A stretch of DNA of 64,000 nt from Acidimicrobiales bacterium (GTDB lineage: Bacteria; Actinomycetota; Acidimicrobiia; Acidimicrobiales; DATDAH01). The position numbers were made by a program, and so were the translations under genes. The stretch is from positions 14,772 to 78,771 of the forward strand of contig JAYRFK010000060.1 in the NCBI GenBank assembly GCA_041908445.1. The letters run 5' to 3'. Below the pieces are notes generated by a model that was not told the DNA's origin, did not search any database, and saw only the letters and a list, made by a program, of their open reading frames with translations. Numbering within the stretch: position 1 is the first letter of the stretch; each line of letters opens with the position of its first letter. This document shows, piece by piece, positions 1 to 9,474 of the stretch.

Positions 1-2
1 TC

Positions 3-761
3 GTGCTGGTGGACGCCGACGCCCCGGCGTCGTTCTTCGCCTACCCGGACAAGGCCACGAGCCTGGTGCCCGACGGCTGCGAGGTCCACGTGCTGGCCGG
101 CCCGGCCGACGACGGCATCGCCGCCCTCGAAGCCCTCGCCGAGGCGGTGGGCGCGCCGGCCGACGCGGCGACCATCCAGGAGCTCGCCCGCCCCGAGCGC
201 CCCACCGGCGCGCTCGACCCCGAGACCCTCGGCGCGTCCATCGCCGCGCTCCTCCCCGAGGGGGCGATCCTCGTCGACGAGTCGGCCACCGCGGGCCTCT
301 GGACCAGCCTGGCCACGGCCGGCTCGGCCCGCCACACCCTGCTCACCCTGACCGGCGGCGCCATCGGCTACGGCCTCCCGGCCGCCACCGGCGCGGCGCT
401 GGCCTGCCCCGACCGCCCCGTGGTCTCGCTCGAGGCCGACGGGTCCGGGATGTACACCCTGCAGGCGCTCTGGACCCAGGCCCGAGAGGACCTCAACGTC
501 ACCACGGTCGTCTACAACAACCACGCCTACGACATCTTGAACCTCGAGCTCGGGCGCGTCGGCGCCGGCGAGCCCGGTCCCAAGGCCAAGGCGATGTTCG
601 ACCTGCACGGGCCCGACCTCGACTACGTGAAGCTGGCCGCCGGCATGGGCGTGCCGGGCAGCCGGCCGACCACCGCCGAGGAGTTCTACGACGCCTTCGA
701 GCTCGCCCTCGCCGAGCCCGGCCCCTACCTCATCGAGGTCGGCCTGACGTCGCGCTTCTGA
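3..761 (+). CDS. Thiamine-pyrophosphate-dependent enzyme, C-terminal TPP-binding domain (acetolactate-synthase-large-subunit-like); 5' end cut by window edge
   Basis: ORF is open at the window start. TPP-binding type motif GGAIGYGLPAATGAALA...LEADGSGMYTLQALWT...VVYNNHAY. Confidence 0.8.
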   Translation: MLVDADAPASFFAYPDKATSLVPDGCEVHVLAGPADDGIAALEALAEAVGAPADAATIQELARPERPTGALDPETLGASIAALLPEGAILVDESATAGLWTSLATAGSARHTLLTLTGGAIGYGLPAATGAALACPDRPVVSLEADGSGMYTLQALWTQAREDLNVTTVVYNNHAYDILNLELGRVGAGEPGPKAKAMFDLHGPDLDYVKLAAGMGVPGSRPTTAEEFYDAFELALAEPGPYLIEVGLTSRF

Positions 762-785
762 CCGCCCCGCGCCGGACGGGCCGGC

Positions 786-2246
786 TCAGGCCGAGTCGCG
801 CCTGCGCGTGCGCATGCGCCGTTCGGCCCGGAGGCGGCCCGGCTTGTCCGAGCGGGCGGTCTGGCGCAGGGCGTCGCGCAGGATGACGCCGACGGTGGCG
901 ATCATCACCTTGACGTCCTCCCACGGGGACCAGTGCTCGATGTAGTAGTTGTCGAAGCGGGCCCGCTCCTCGATCGAGGTGTCGCCCCGAAGGCCGTGGA
1001 TCTGGGCCAGGCCGGTGAGGCCGACCGGGAGCCGGTGGCGGTCGGCGTAGTGGGTGACCTGCGCCGAGAAGCGGCTCACGAAGTGCGGCCGCTCGGGCCG
1101 GGGGCCGACGAGGGACATGTCGCCCCGCAGCACGTTCCAGAACTGGGGCAGCTCGTCGAGGCTCAGGCGCCGGAGCCACTTGCCCACGCTGGTCTGGCGG
1201 GGGTCGTCCTCCACGGACCAGGTCACGTCGGCATCGGTGTTCACCCGCAGGGTGCGGAACTTCAGGACCTCGATCTCGCGTCCGTGCTGGCCGATGCGGC
1301 GCTGGCGGAACAGGATCGGCCCGGGGCTGCTGATGCGCACGGCCAGGGCGAGCAGGCCCAGCAGCGGGGCCAGCAGGAACAGCAGGAGGGCGGCGACCAC
1401 GATGTCCACGACCCGCTTGGCCTTCCAGGCGCCGGCGCGCAGCGCGGCCCGCCGCACCTGGAACAGGGGGATGCCCCAGACGTGCTCCACGTCGGGGCCG
1501 CCGGGGGCGAAGCCGAGCTCGAAGAACCGGGGGACCACGTGCAGCTCGACGTCGTGCAGGCCGGTGGAGCGGAGGGTGGCGACGAGCTCCTGCTCGCCGC
1601 GCGGGCCGAAGGCGACCAGCACCCGGCGCACGTCCTGCTCCTGGATGACCTTCTCGAGGTCGGCCATGCCGCCGAGCAGGTCGAGGCCGGGCTGCGAGGG
1701 GACGTCGTCGATGAAGCCCACCGGCACCAGCCCGTACTCGGGGTGCTCCTTGAGCAGGCGCGACAACTCGATGCCCACGGCGCCGGCGCCGACGATGAGG
1801 GCGTTCTCCTGGAGCTGGCCGGCCCGCCGGGCGGTGCGGATGACCGCGTAGGTCAGGGTCCGGCCGACCACGACGGCCACGCCGGTCACGGCGACCTGGT
1901 CGAACAGGGTTTCGGGCAGGTCGGTGAACGGGGCGAAGCTGCCCACGAACAGGAGCGGGATGCCGGCCCCCAGCAACAGCCGGGGCAGTTCCGACAGCGT
2001 GCTCAGGGCGAGGTGGCGGCGATAGGTGCCCACCATCCCGAGGGTCACGAACACCGCGACGGCGTAGAGGAGGTTGGCCCAGCCGATGCTCGGGATCACC
2101 GAGAGGCCGACCATCACGGCGGCGAGGTCGGCGACGATGCGCAGCGACCACGGGCTCAGCGGCTGGCGGCGGCGCCGCGGCCCCCGGGGCTCGGCGTCGC
2201 GCGTGCCGTTGATGGCGACGAGCGGACCTTCGACAGAGACTGCCAT
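786..2246 (-). CDS. Polyprenyl-phosphate sugar phosphotransferase (bacterial sugar transferase, WbaP/CpsE-like initiating enzyme)
   Basis: C-terminal sugar-transferase domain (KRVVDIVVAALLLFLLAPLL..SSPGPILFRQRRIGQHGREIEVLKFRTL..DELPQFWNVLRGDMSLVGPRPERP), N-terminal TM helices and a Rossmann-like IVGAGAVG segment. Start set at ATG 2246 (MAVSVEG). The 106 upstream codons of the 592-aa ORF are Pro/Arg/Ser low complexity. Confidence 0.85.
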   Translation of the reverse strand: MAVSVEGPLVAINGTRDAEPRGPRRRRQPLSPWSLRIVADLAAVMVGLSVIPSIGWANLLYAVAVFVTLGMVGTYRRHLALSTLSELPRLLLGAGIPLLFVGSFAPFTDLPETLFDQVAVTGVAVVVGRTLTYAVIRTARRAGQLQENALIVGAGAVGIELSRLLKEHPEYGLVPVGFIDDVPSQPGLDLLGGMADLEKVIQEQDVRRVLVAFGPRGEQELVATLRSTGLHDVELHVVPRFFELGFAPGGPDVEHVWGIPLFQVRRAALRAGAWKAKRVVDIVVAALLLFLLAPLLGLLALAVRISSPGPILFRQRRIGQHGREIEVLKFRTLRVNTDADVTWSVEDDPRQTSVGKWLRRLSLDELPQFWNVLRGDMSLVGPRPERPHFVSRFSAQVTHYADRHRLPVGLTGLAQIHGLRGDTSIEERARFDNYYIEHWSPWEDVKVMIATVGVILRDALRQTARSDKPGRLRAERRMRTRRRDSA

Positions 2247-2361
2247 CTGAGCTGTAGCCGCCGTTCTCCATGGCCGCGGGTGGGGACAGGCTCCTGTCGG
2301 ACGCGCCGGGACGGCCTTGAGCGGCGGGGTGGTCGGAGATCGCGCGCTGCGCGCGGGGAAC

Positions 2362-3435
2362 TCAGGCCGAGGTGACCGAGGCGGCGAGGTCGCGCATCGC
2401 GTCGGCGAAGCGTTCCTCGGTGAAGCGCCGCGCCGAGGCCGAGACCTCGGTCCGGTCCCAGTCGGTGGACGCCGCCTCCCGCAGGGCGGCGACGAGCGAG
2501 GTGACGGTGGGCTCGGCGAAGAGGAGCCCGGAGCGCCCGGGCTCGACCGAGTCGCGGGCGCCACCCGCGTCGAGCGCGATCACCGGGGTCCCGGCGGCCA
2601 TGGCCTCGACCATGGTGATCCCGAAGTCCTCGACCCCGGCGAACACGAGACCGCGCGCCCCGGCCAGCAGCGCGGGCAGGTCCTCGTCGGGCACGCGGCC
2701 GGCGAAGCGCACGTTGGCCGGCGCCGTGGACTCGATGGCGGCCCGCGCCCGACCCTCGCCCGCCACGACGAGGGGCCAGCCCAGCTCCCGGAACGCCTCC
2801 ACGACCAGATCGACCCGCTTGTAGGCCACCACCCGGGAGAACGAGACGAAGTAGTCGCCCTCCGGCTCGCCGAGCGCGCCGGCGAAGCGGTCCACCTCCA
2901 CGGGCGGGTGCACGACCTCGGCGTCACGGCCGTAGGCGGCCCGGATCCGGCCCTGCACCTCGGTGGAGTTGGCCACCCACAGGTCGGGCCGGCGGCTGCG
3001 GCGACGGTCGCCGGGCTGGAGGACGGCGGCGGCCGCGCCGGTGAGGCCCGTGGACAGGCCCCGCTCGCCGGCGAGCTGCTCGCGCTCCCACAGGAAGCGC
3101 GGCGGGGTGTGGCAGTAGACGATGTGCGGCGTACCGCGGCGCACGCGTGCGTTCAGGGCGAACGAGTGGAAGCTGGTGATCACGAGGTCGGCGTCGGGCA
3201 CCCGCAGCGAGTGCATCGCCGCCGGGATCAGGGGCAGCACCCGCAGGTGGGCACCCCGCTTGGTGGCGAACGGCTGGAGGAAGGTCGTGCGCACCGGGTC
3301 CCAGCCGGGGAACTCGGGGGCGTAGTACAGGCTCGTGCTCAGGCCCGCCCCCGGGAAGGCCCGCCGCAGCGCGCCCGCAACCTTCTCGGAGCCGGCCATG
3401 TTGGTCAGCCACTCGTGGACGAGCTCGACGTGCAC
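2362..3435 (-). CDS. Glycosyltransferase, GT-B fold, family 4-like
   Basis: Typical GT4 C-terminal half (FVSFSRVVAYKRVDLVVEAF...RFAGRVPDEDLPALLAGARGLVFAGVEDFGITMVEAMAAGTPVIA). Confidence 0.8.
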   Translation of the reverse strand: MHVELVHEWLTNMAGSEKVAGALRRAFPGAGLSTSLYYAPEFPGWDPVRTTFLQPFATKRGAHLRVLPLIPAAMHSLRVPDADLVITSFHSFALNARVRRGTPHIVYCHTPPRFLWEREQLAGERGLSTGLTGAAAAVLQPGDRRRSRRPDLWVANSTEVQGRIRAAYGRDAEVVHPPVEVDRFAGALGEPEGDYFVSFSRVVAYKRVDLVVEAFRELGWPLVVAGEGRARAAIESTAPANVRFAGRVPDEDLPALLAGARGLVFAGVEDFGITMVEAMAAGTPVIALDAGGARDSVEPGRSGLLFAEPTVTSLVAALREAASTDWDRTEVSASARRFTEERFADAMRDLAASVTSA

Positions 3436-3540
3436 CGGGCGAACCTACCGCCGCACCCAGCCGTAAAGAGTGCTCCGGTCGGGCCGATAGGCGCAGGTCG
3501 CACCGGGCGACATCCCTGGGAGATCGAGGCCGAACCCGCC

Positions 3541-5034
3541 ATGGAACCGACGAACCCGCTCCGGATCATCTGGGGCTACCGCTGGTGGCTGTTGGCCTTC
3601 GCGTCGGCGGCGGCGGTGGTCGTGTTCCTGCTGTCGTCGATCCGCTCCGAGACCTACCAGGCCACCGCCGTGGTGCAGGTCGAGTCGGGCCGGGAGCAGG
3701 CCAACGAGTTCGTCTCGGCCGACGAGCTGTTCCAGCAGGCCAACTTCTACGCGTCGCTGGCCAAGACCCGGCCCGTCCAGGATGCCGCTGCTGCGGTCCT
3801 CGACCCCGACGCCGAGGACCCCGACCTGCCCGCACCCGTCACCGTCTCGCCCCGCTCGGACGTGCAGCTGCTCGACTTCAGCGCCACCGCCGCCTCTCCG
3901 GACACGGCCGCCGCGGTGGCCAACGCCTACGCCGAGGCCTTCTCCACCTTCATCGCCGACCGCCAGCAGGCCCAGCGCGAGGAGACCATCGGCCGCATCC
4001 AGGACCGGGTGGACGAGATCAACCAGGGCCTCGCGGTCAACCCCGACGACGTGGCGCTGACGACCGAGCTCGAGCAGCTCCAGACCCAGGCCGCCGAGGT
4101 GCGGGGCGCCCCCGCCGACGCCGCGACGATCCTCGAGGAGGCCACGCCGCCGGACGCCCCCATCGCCCCCAAGCCGGCCCGCGACGCGGTGCTGGCCTTC
4201 CTCGCCGCCCTCGTCATCGGCTCGGCCGCCGCCTACGCCCGCTCGGCGCTCACCGACCGCTACGCCAACGCCGAGGAGGCCGCCCACGACCTCGGCCTGC
4301 CGGTCCTCGCCCAGGTGTCGCGCTCGAACCCGGACACCGCCGAGGCGGTCGAGGCCTTCCGGGTCCTCCGCACGAGCGTGTCCTACGCCCTGCGCGAGCA
4401 CGTCGGCCCCGTCCTCATGGTCACCTCCGCAACGCCGGGCTCGGGCAAGACCCACATCTCGATCAACATGGCCCAGGCCTTCGCGGCCGAGGGCCGCCGC
4501 GTGATCCTCGTGGACTGCGACTTCCGCCGCCCCGCCATCAACAAGCGCCTCGGCATCCCGGTGAAGCCGGGCATGACCGACCTGGTCGGCGGCACCGGTG
4601 GCCAGAGCCCCGAGATGGCGGGCGGACGCCTCCCCCTCTGGTCGCTGCCCGTCCCCGGGGCCAGCGAGTACCTCGACGTGGTCCCGGCCGGGTCCGGCAT
4701 CCTCGACCCCGCCGCCGCGCTGACCACCGACCGGGCCGCCCACGTCTTCGACAGCATCAGCGCCCAGTACGACCTCTCCGTCATCGACAGCCCGCCGACC
4801 CTGCCCGTGGTCGACCCCCTCGTCATCGCCCACTACGCCGACGGGGTCCTCTTCGTGGTCGACGGCCGCAAGGACCGCCGCAGCGACGTGCGGCGGGCGC
4901 TCGAGACCCTCCGGGCCATCGACGCCCCCGTCATCGGCTTCGTGTTCAACGGCGCCGCCACCCCCGAGCGCCGCTACAGCTACGCCGACCAGCGCGGCGT
5001 CCACGAAGCCGAGGTCGTCAGGGCCTCGGCGTGA
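3541..5034 (+). CDS. Polysaccharide co-polymerase (Wzz-like, 2 TM) fused to BY-type tyrosine autokinase
   Basis: N-terminal TM plus periplasmic coiled region, second TM, then Walker A (SATPGSGKTHISINMA), Walker A' (ILVDCDFRRP) and Walker B (LSVIDSPP). C-terminal tail carries YSY. Start is ATG 3541; the upstream part of ORF 2317..5034 is antisense to the GT4 gene. Confidence 0.8.
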   Translation: MEPTNPLRIIWGYRWWLLAFASAAAVVVFLLSSIRSETYQATAVVQVESGREQANEFVSADELFQQANFYASLAKTRPVQDAAAAVLDPDAEDPDLPAPVTVSPRSDVQLLDFSATAASPDTAAAVANAYAEAFSTFIADRQQAQREETIGRIQDRVDEINQGLAVNPDDVALTTELEQLQTQAAEVRGAPADAATILEEATPPDAPIAPKPARDAVLAFLAALVIGSAAAYARSALTDRYANAEEAAHDLGLPVLAQVSRSNPDTAEAVEAFRVLRTSVSYALREHVGPVLMVTSATPGSGKTHISINMAQAFAAEGRRVILVDCDFRRPAINKRLGIPVKPGMTDLVGGTGGQSPEMAGGRLPLWSLPVPGASEYLDVVPAGSGILDPAAALTTDRAAHVFDSISAQYDLSVIDSPPTLPVVDPLVIAHYADGVLFVVDGRKDRRSDVRRALETLRAIDAPVIGFVFNGAATPERRYSYADQRGVHEAEVVRASA

Positions 5035-6536
5035 CCGCGGCGGTCGACACCCGCACCGGCCAGGCCGTCGTGCTCGTGGGTGCGGCGGCCGCCCTCGGCG
5101 TCCTGCTGACCGTCGGCCTCGCCGTCGTCGGCCCCGCCGCCGCCCTCCTCCCCATCGCGCTGGTCGCGTGCTGGTGGCTGTTCTGGCACCCCGTCGCCAC
5201 CCTGGCCACCCTCGTCACCACCACGGTGCTCATCGAGGGTCAGCCGGGCGTGTGGCCGGTGGCCCTCGACCGCTGGTACGGGAGCCTGGGCCCGACCCCC
5301 CTGCACCCCCCGGACGTCCTGGTCCTGCTCCTGCTCGGCTGGGTCGTGTACGAGCGGCTCACCTCCGGGAGGCCCGGCCCGGGCATCGGCCCGTTCACCC
5401 TGCCCATGGCCCTGATGGCCGTGGCCCTCGCCTTCGGACTGGTCACCGGCTACCTCGGCCCGAGCAACAAGATCGACCTCGTCGGCTCCGCCCGGGTCGT
5501 CGGCCTCCTCCTCGTCGTGCCCTACGTCACCGCCGAGGTGCTGCGCCGGCGGGGCAACCCCCGCCGGGCCGTCTCGTTCGTGGTCGTGCTCGTCGTGATC
5601 CGCGCCGCGGTCGGCCTGGTGGCGGTGCTCACCGACCACACGAGCGGGGCGGCCGGGTCGACCGGTGTCGCCGCCTCGCTGAGCGCCGAGGCCAGCACCT
5701 TCTACGAGCCGACCATGAACTTCCTCATGGTGGTCGTGCTGCTCGGCGTCCTCGTGGCCGTCGTGCGGCGGGTCCCGCTCCCCCGCTGGCTCTACCTCGC
5801 CGCACCGGTCCTGGTCGTCACCCTCGCCCTGTCGTACCGCCGCAGCTTCTGGATCGCGCTCGTCCTCGGCGTCGTGCTCGTGCTGCTCGTCGCCTCGGGC
5901 CAACGGGGCCGGCCGTGGCTCGTGCTCGGCGCCGCCGCCGTGGGCCTCGCGCTGTACGTCGCGATCTCCGCCGGGGGGGCCACCGACACGACGAACCCGG
6001 TCCTCTACCGTGCGGAATCGCTGAGCCCGTCCAAGCTCGCCTCGTCGACGGGCGACCGCTACCGCCTCGACGAGCAGCGCAACGTGCTGGCCGAGATCCG
6101 GGCCCACCCGCTGACCGGCCTCGGCCTCGGGGTGCCGTGGACGATCCGCTACGCGCTCTCGGAGAACCACATCGGCGGCCAGCTCTACACCCACGTGACA
6201 CCGCTGTGGTTCTGGTTGAAGCTCGGTCCGCTCGGCTTCGTCGCCTACCTGTGGGTCTGGGCCACGGCCATCCGCACCGCCTACGGCGTCTGGCGACAGG
6301 ACCGGGACCGGCGCATCCGGGTCACCGCCCTCGCCCTCGGCGCCGCGTTCGTCGGCCTGATGGTCGCGGAGCTGACCGGCCCGTTCACCGGGATCGACGT
6401 CCGCATCACCTTGACCGTGGCGGTGGCCTTCGGCTGGCTGGTCGCGGCCCGTGCCGGCCTGCAGGACGAGGAGCGCGACCCGGCGACCGAGACGGACGAC
6501 CGGCGGCGCCGCGACTACGCGCTGACCGCCCGGTAG
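5031..6536 (+). CDS. O-antigen ligase/polymerase-like (Wzy_C-type) polytopic membrane protein
   Basis: About 10 or more hydrophobic segments and a large loop with RYRLDEQRNVLAEIRAHPLTGLGLGVPW, typical of O-antigen ligase/polymerase family. GTG start overlaps the kinase stop (GTGA at 5031-5034). Confidence 0.7.
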   Translation: MTAAVDTRTGQAVVLVGAAAALGVLLTVGLAVVGPAAALLPIALVACWWLFWHPVATLATLVTTTVLIEGQPGVWPVALDRWYGSLGPTPLHPPDVLVLLLLGWVVYERLTSGRPGPGIGPFTLPMALMAVALAFGLVTGYLGPSNKIDLVGSARVVGLLLVVPYVTAEVLRRRGNPRRAVSFVVVLVVIRAAVGLVAVLTDHTSGAAGSTGVAASLSAEASTFYEPTMNFLMVVVLLGVLVAVVRRVPLPRWLYLAAPVLVVTLALSYRRSFWIALVLGVVLVLLVASGQRGRPWLVLGAAAVGLALYVAISAGGATDTTNPVLYRAESLSPSKLASSTGDRYRLDEQRNVLAEIRAHPLTGLGLGVPWTIRYALSENHIGGQLYTHVTPLWFWLKLGPLGFVAYLWVWATAIRTAYGVWRQDRDRRIRVTALALGAAFVGLMVAELTGPFTGIDVRITLTVAVAFGWLVAARAGLQDEERDPATETDDRRRRDYALTAR

Positions 6537-7594
6537 ACGGCGACGGTCGCGTCCACCATCGCCTCCAGGCGGTGCTCGCCGGCCACCCGGTGGGCGCCGT
6601 CACGAGCGCGGGGCAGGTCGGCGAGGGCGCGCTCGATCGCCTCGGCCCAGGCCGTGGTGTCGCCGGCGGCGACCGCCTGCACGCCGGTGCCACCCCCGGC
6701 CGGGACGAGCTCCCGGTGGGGCGGGATGTCCGACAGGACGAGGGGAAGGGCGACGGCCAGCGCCTCGAGCGGGGTGAAGGGCAGGCCTTCGTACGCCGAG
6801 GGGGCCAGCAGCACGTCGGCGGCGGCCATCTCCGCCTGCGGGTCGGGCGAGAAGCCGGCGAGGGTCACCGCGCCCCCGAGCCCGGCGGCACGGGCGGCCT
6901 CGTCCACCTCGGCACGGCAGGGGCCGTCGCCCACGACCCGGAGCACGGCATCGTGGCCCCGATCGCGCAGGGCGCCCAGCACCGGCACGAGGTGCTCGAC
7001 GCCCTTCTGCTCGGTGAGCCGGCCCACGAAGAGCAGGCGGGCGGCACGCCCGTCGAGGGCCGGTCGGTCGGGGGCCGGCTGGACGGGGACGCCGTTGGGG
7101 ATCACGGTGAGCGGCGGCGGGCGCCGCCAGCGGGCCTCGGCCTCTCGCCGGGCCGCCTCCCCCACCACGATCATGCGGGCGATGCGCCGGTTGGCCCACC
7201 GCCGGGTCGTCTCCCAGTGGGGGCCGGCGTGGCGGAGCTGGGGCAGGTGGTCGGTGATCACCGACGGGTGCCCCCAGGGCAGCAGCAGGAAGCTCGCGCC
7301 CCGGAAGGCGAACGGGTCGACGAAGTTCCAGTGCAGGACACCGGGGCGGTGGCGGCGCACCGCCTCCCGGATCGGCCCCGGACGGGCCCGCCCGGCGAGC
7401 ACGCGGGTATCGGGCGCGACGGCGGCCAGCCGGTCGCCCAGCCGGGCGGCGGCCTCGGGGTCGGCGACGAACACGACGGCGCCGACCTCGACCCCGGCCG
7501 CGACCAGGCCGGCGCCCAGCAGCTCGAGGTAGCGCTCGGCGCCCCCGAACGGCCCCGGGAACTCGTGGACGAGCAGGACCGACGGCGCGCTCAC
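6515..7594 (-). CDS. Glycosyltransferase, GT-B fold, family 4-like
   Basis: LLFVGRLTEQKGVEHLV...VTLAGF...ADVLLAPSAYEGLPFTPLEALAVALPLVLSD. GTG start overlaps the Wzx stop (GTGA). The 3' end overlaps the convergent Wzy-like gene by 22 nt. Confidence 0.8.
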   Translation of the reverse strand: MSAPSVLLVHEFPGPFGGAERYLELLGAGLVAAGVEVGAVVFVADPEAAARLGDRLAAVAPDTRVLAGRARPGPIREAVRRHRPGVLHWNFVDPFAFRGASFLLLPWGHPSVITDHLPQLRHAGPHWETTRRWANRRIARMIVVGEAARREAEARWRRPPPLTVIPNGVPVQPAPDRPALDGRAARLLFVGRLTEQKGVEHLVPVLGALRDRGHDAVLRVVGDGPCRAEVDEAARAAGLGGAVTLAGFSPDPQAEMAAADVLLAPSAYEGLPFTPLEALAVALPLVLSDIPPHRELVPAGGGTGVQAVAAGDTTAWAEAIERALADLPRARDGAHRVAGEHRLEAMVDATVAVYRAVSA

Positions 7595-9474
7595 CGCCCG
7601 GCCCCGACCTCGGCCTCGCCGGCGTGGTCCGGGTCGTCGGCGCCGACGGTCGCGGCCGGCTCGTCCTCGAGCCGCGGCTCGTCGCGATCGCCGTCGCCGT
7701 CACCCTCACCGGCGGTGGGGCCGTGCTCGACCGCCGACACGAACCACCGCCACCACCAGTGGCCGCCGTCCCGGCCGTCCCGTCGATCGTCGGTGACGCG
7801 CACGACCACCGGGTCGCAGCCCGCGAGCCGGGCGGCGACCGGCGCCCAGCCGGGCACCCGGTCCGGCCCCCCGACGACCACGCAACCGCCGGCGCCCAGC
7901 AGCGAGCGCCACGTGGCCAGCGGCGAGCCCAGCGCGCCGGCGGCCACCTCGACCGACTCGCCGTCGGCCCCCATGAGGCCCCCGAGGTCGTCCCAGTGCA
8001 GCGAGCCGGTCGGCAGCAGCGCGACGGCGTAGGCGACCAGCCCGAGCGCCAGCTGCGCGAAGGGCGGCAGGGGCGACGCCAGCACCAGCACGACCGCCAT
8101 CACCAGCGAGGCCCGCGCCGCCCGCACCACCCGCCGCCACGGCCAGACCACGCCGAGGTGGCGGCGGATGGTCAGCACCAGGCCCGTGACCACAGCCAGC
8201 TCGGTGACTGCGGTGGCCACGGCCGCACCGCGGTACGAGAAGGGCGGGATGAGGGCCACGTTGAGGGCCAGGTTCACGAGCAGGCCGGCGAACGACACCC
8301 CGAGCAGGCGGCCCTGCTGGTGCCCCGAGACGAGCACCGCCGACAGCGCGGTGCCGAAGAAGATGCACGGTGCGGCCAGCGCCAGGATGGCCAGCGCGTC
8401 CCCGGCCCCGGAGAACTCACCGAACCCGGGCACCGCGGGGAAGACCCGCGAGGCGGTGAGGAGGCCCGCCACCGCCACCGGAAACGACAGGATCGCGATC
8501 AGGTGCAGGAGGTGGCCGTACCGACGCTGGAGCACGTCCTTGCCCGCAACGACGCTCGCCGCGACCACCGGGGTGAGCACGGTCATGGCCAGCGACGGCA
8601 CGACGACGAAGGTCTCGAGCACCCGGTAGGCCGCGCCGTACTGGCCCACGTCGTCCTCGGGCTTGACCGCGGCGAGGATCAGCAGGTCAAGCCGGTAGTA
8701 GAGGGTGATGCAGAGCTGGGCCAGGCCGAGCAGGACGGCGGCACGCGCCAGCGTCCACCAGACGCCCGGCCGGGGCCGCCAGTGCAGGCGCCCCGACTGG
8801 CGCAGGGCCACCGTGGCCACGATGGCGAAGTTGGCCACGTTGGAGGCCACGAACACCCACAGGAACGCGACCACCCCGCCCCCGCCGGCGGCGACCGCGA
8901 CCGTGCCGCCCGCCAGCACGACGCCCTGGACCACGCCGGCGATCGAGACCCACCCCATGCGGAGCCGCACCTCGAGGATGACCTGGAACGACTCGAGGGC
9001 GAGCACGACGAGCAGGACCCCGGTGACCAGCGCGGCCTGGCGCTCGATCCCCGAGTAGCCGCCGACGAGCAGCACCACGGTAAGCACGCCGTACGCGGCC
9101 CCACCGGCGAGGACCCGCAGGTAGAAGAGGTTCGTCACCAGGTCGCGCTCGCGGTCGGGCTGCTGGGCGATGTCGCGCATGGCGATGGCCCGGACGCCGA
9201 AGTTCGTGACGTAGGCGAACAGGCTGTAGAAGGCGACCGCGAAGGTGTAGGCGCCGACGCCGGCGGGGCCGAGGTCGGCCGCGACCAGGGCGAACGCGAC
9301 GAGCTGGAGGCCGAGGGTGGCGATGCGGCCGGCCGAGAGCGCGACGAAGCCGCGCGTCATCCGCCGGGCGACCCGGTCCTCCGGCACCACCGAGGGCTCG
9401 GCCGTCCCGGTCACGTCAGGGGCTCCAGCTCCGTCGGCGTCAGAGTCGGGGGCGATGCCGGAAGTGGACCACAC
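7591..9474 (-). CDS. Wzx-like polysaccharide flippase (MOP superfamily) with about 125-aa non-membrane C-terminal extension
   Basis: 12-14 hydrophobic segments with the usual Wzx layout (RGFVALSAGRIATLGLQLVAFALVA..., GQYGAAYRVLETFVVVP...). Start uncertain: ATG 9474 (overlaps upstream GT2 by 35 nt), GTG 9414 or ATG 9360. Confidence 0.7.
   Translation of the reverse strand: MWSTSGIAPDSDADGAGAPDVTGTAEPSVVPEDRVARRMTRGFVALSAGRIATLGLQLVAFALVAADLGPAGVGAYTFAVAFYSLFAYVTNFGVRAIAMRDIAQQPDRERDLVTNLFYLRVLAGGAAYGVLTVVLLVGGYSGIERQAALVTGVLLVVLALESFQVILEVRLRMGWVSIAGVVQGVVLAGGTVAVAAGGGGVVAFLWVFVASNVANFAIVATVALRQSGRLHWRPRPGVWWTLARAAVLLGLAQLCITLYYRLDLLILAAVKPEDDVGQYGAAYRVLETFVVVPSLAMTVLTPVVAASVVAGKDVLQRRYGHLLHLIAILSFPVAVAGLLTASRVFPAVPGFGEFSGAGDALAILALAAPCIFFGTALSAVLVSGHQQGRLLGVSFAGLLVNLALNVALIPPFSYRGAAVATAVTELAVVTGLVLTIRRHLGVVWPWRRVVRAARASLVMAVVLVLASPLPPFAQLALGLVAYAVALLPTGSLHWDDLGGLMGADGESVEVAAGALGSPLATWRSLLGAGGCVVVGGPDRVPGWAPVAARLAGCDPVVVRVTDDRRDGRDGGHWWWRWFVSAVEHGPTAGEGDGDGDRDEPRLEDEPAATVGADDPDHAGEAEVGAGR

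Noticed and set aside
730-2375. Long alternative-frame ORFs over the sugar-transferase gene (730..2271 minus, 933..2375 plus, 1054..1851 plus) and the 106-codon N-terminal extension of ORF 786..2564
   Set aside because: Translations are dominated by Arg/Pro/Gly/Ala runs with no motifs, typical of off-frame ORFs in high-GC DNA. The 786..2246 frame carries clear sugar-transferase motifs.
2317-3540. First 408 codons of the 905-aa plus-strand ORF 2317..5034
   Set aside because: This stretch is antisense to a well-supported GT4 gene and is low-complexity (GDRGG, RRGRD). Recognisable Wzz/kinase sequence only begins at ATG 3541 after a real intergenic gap.
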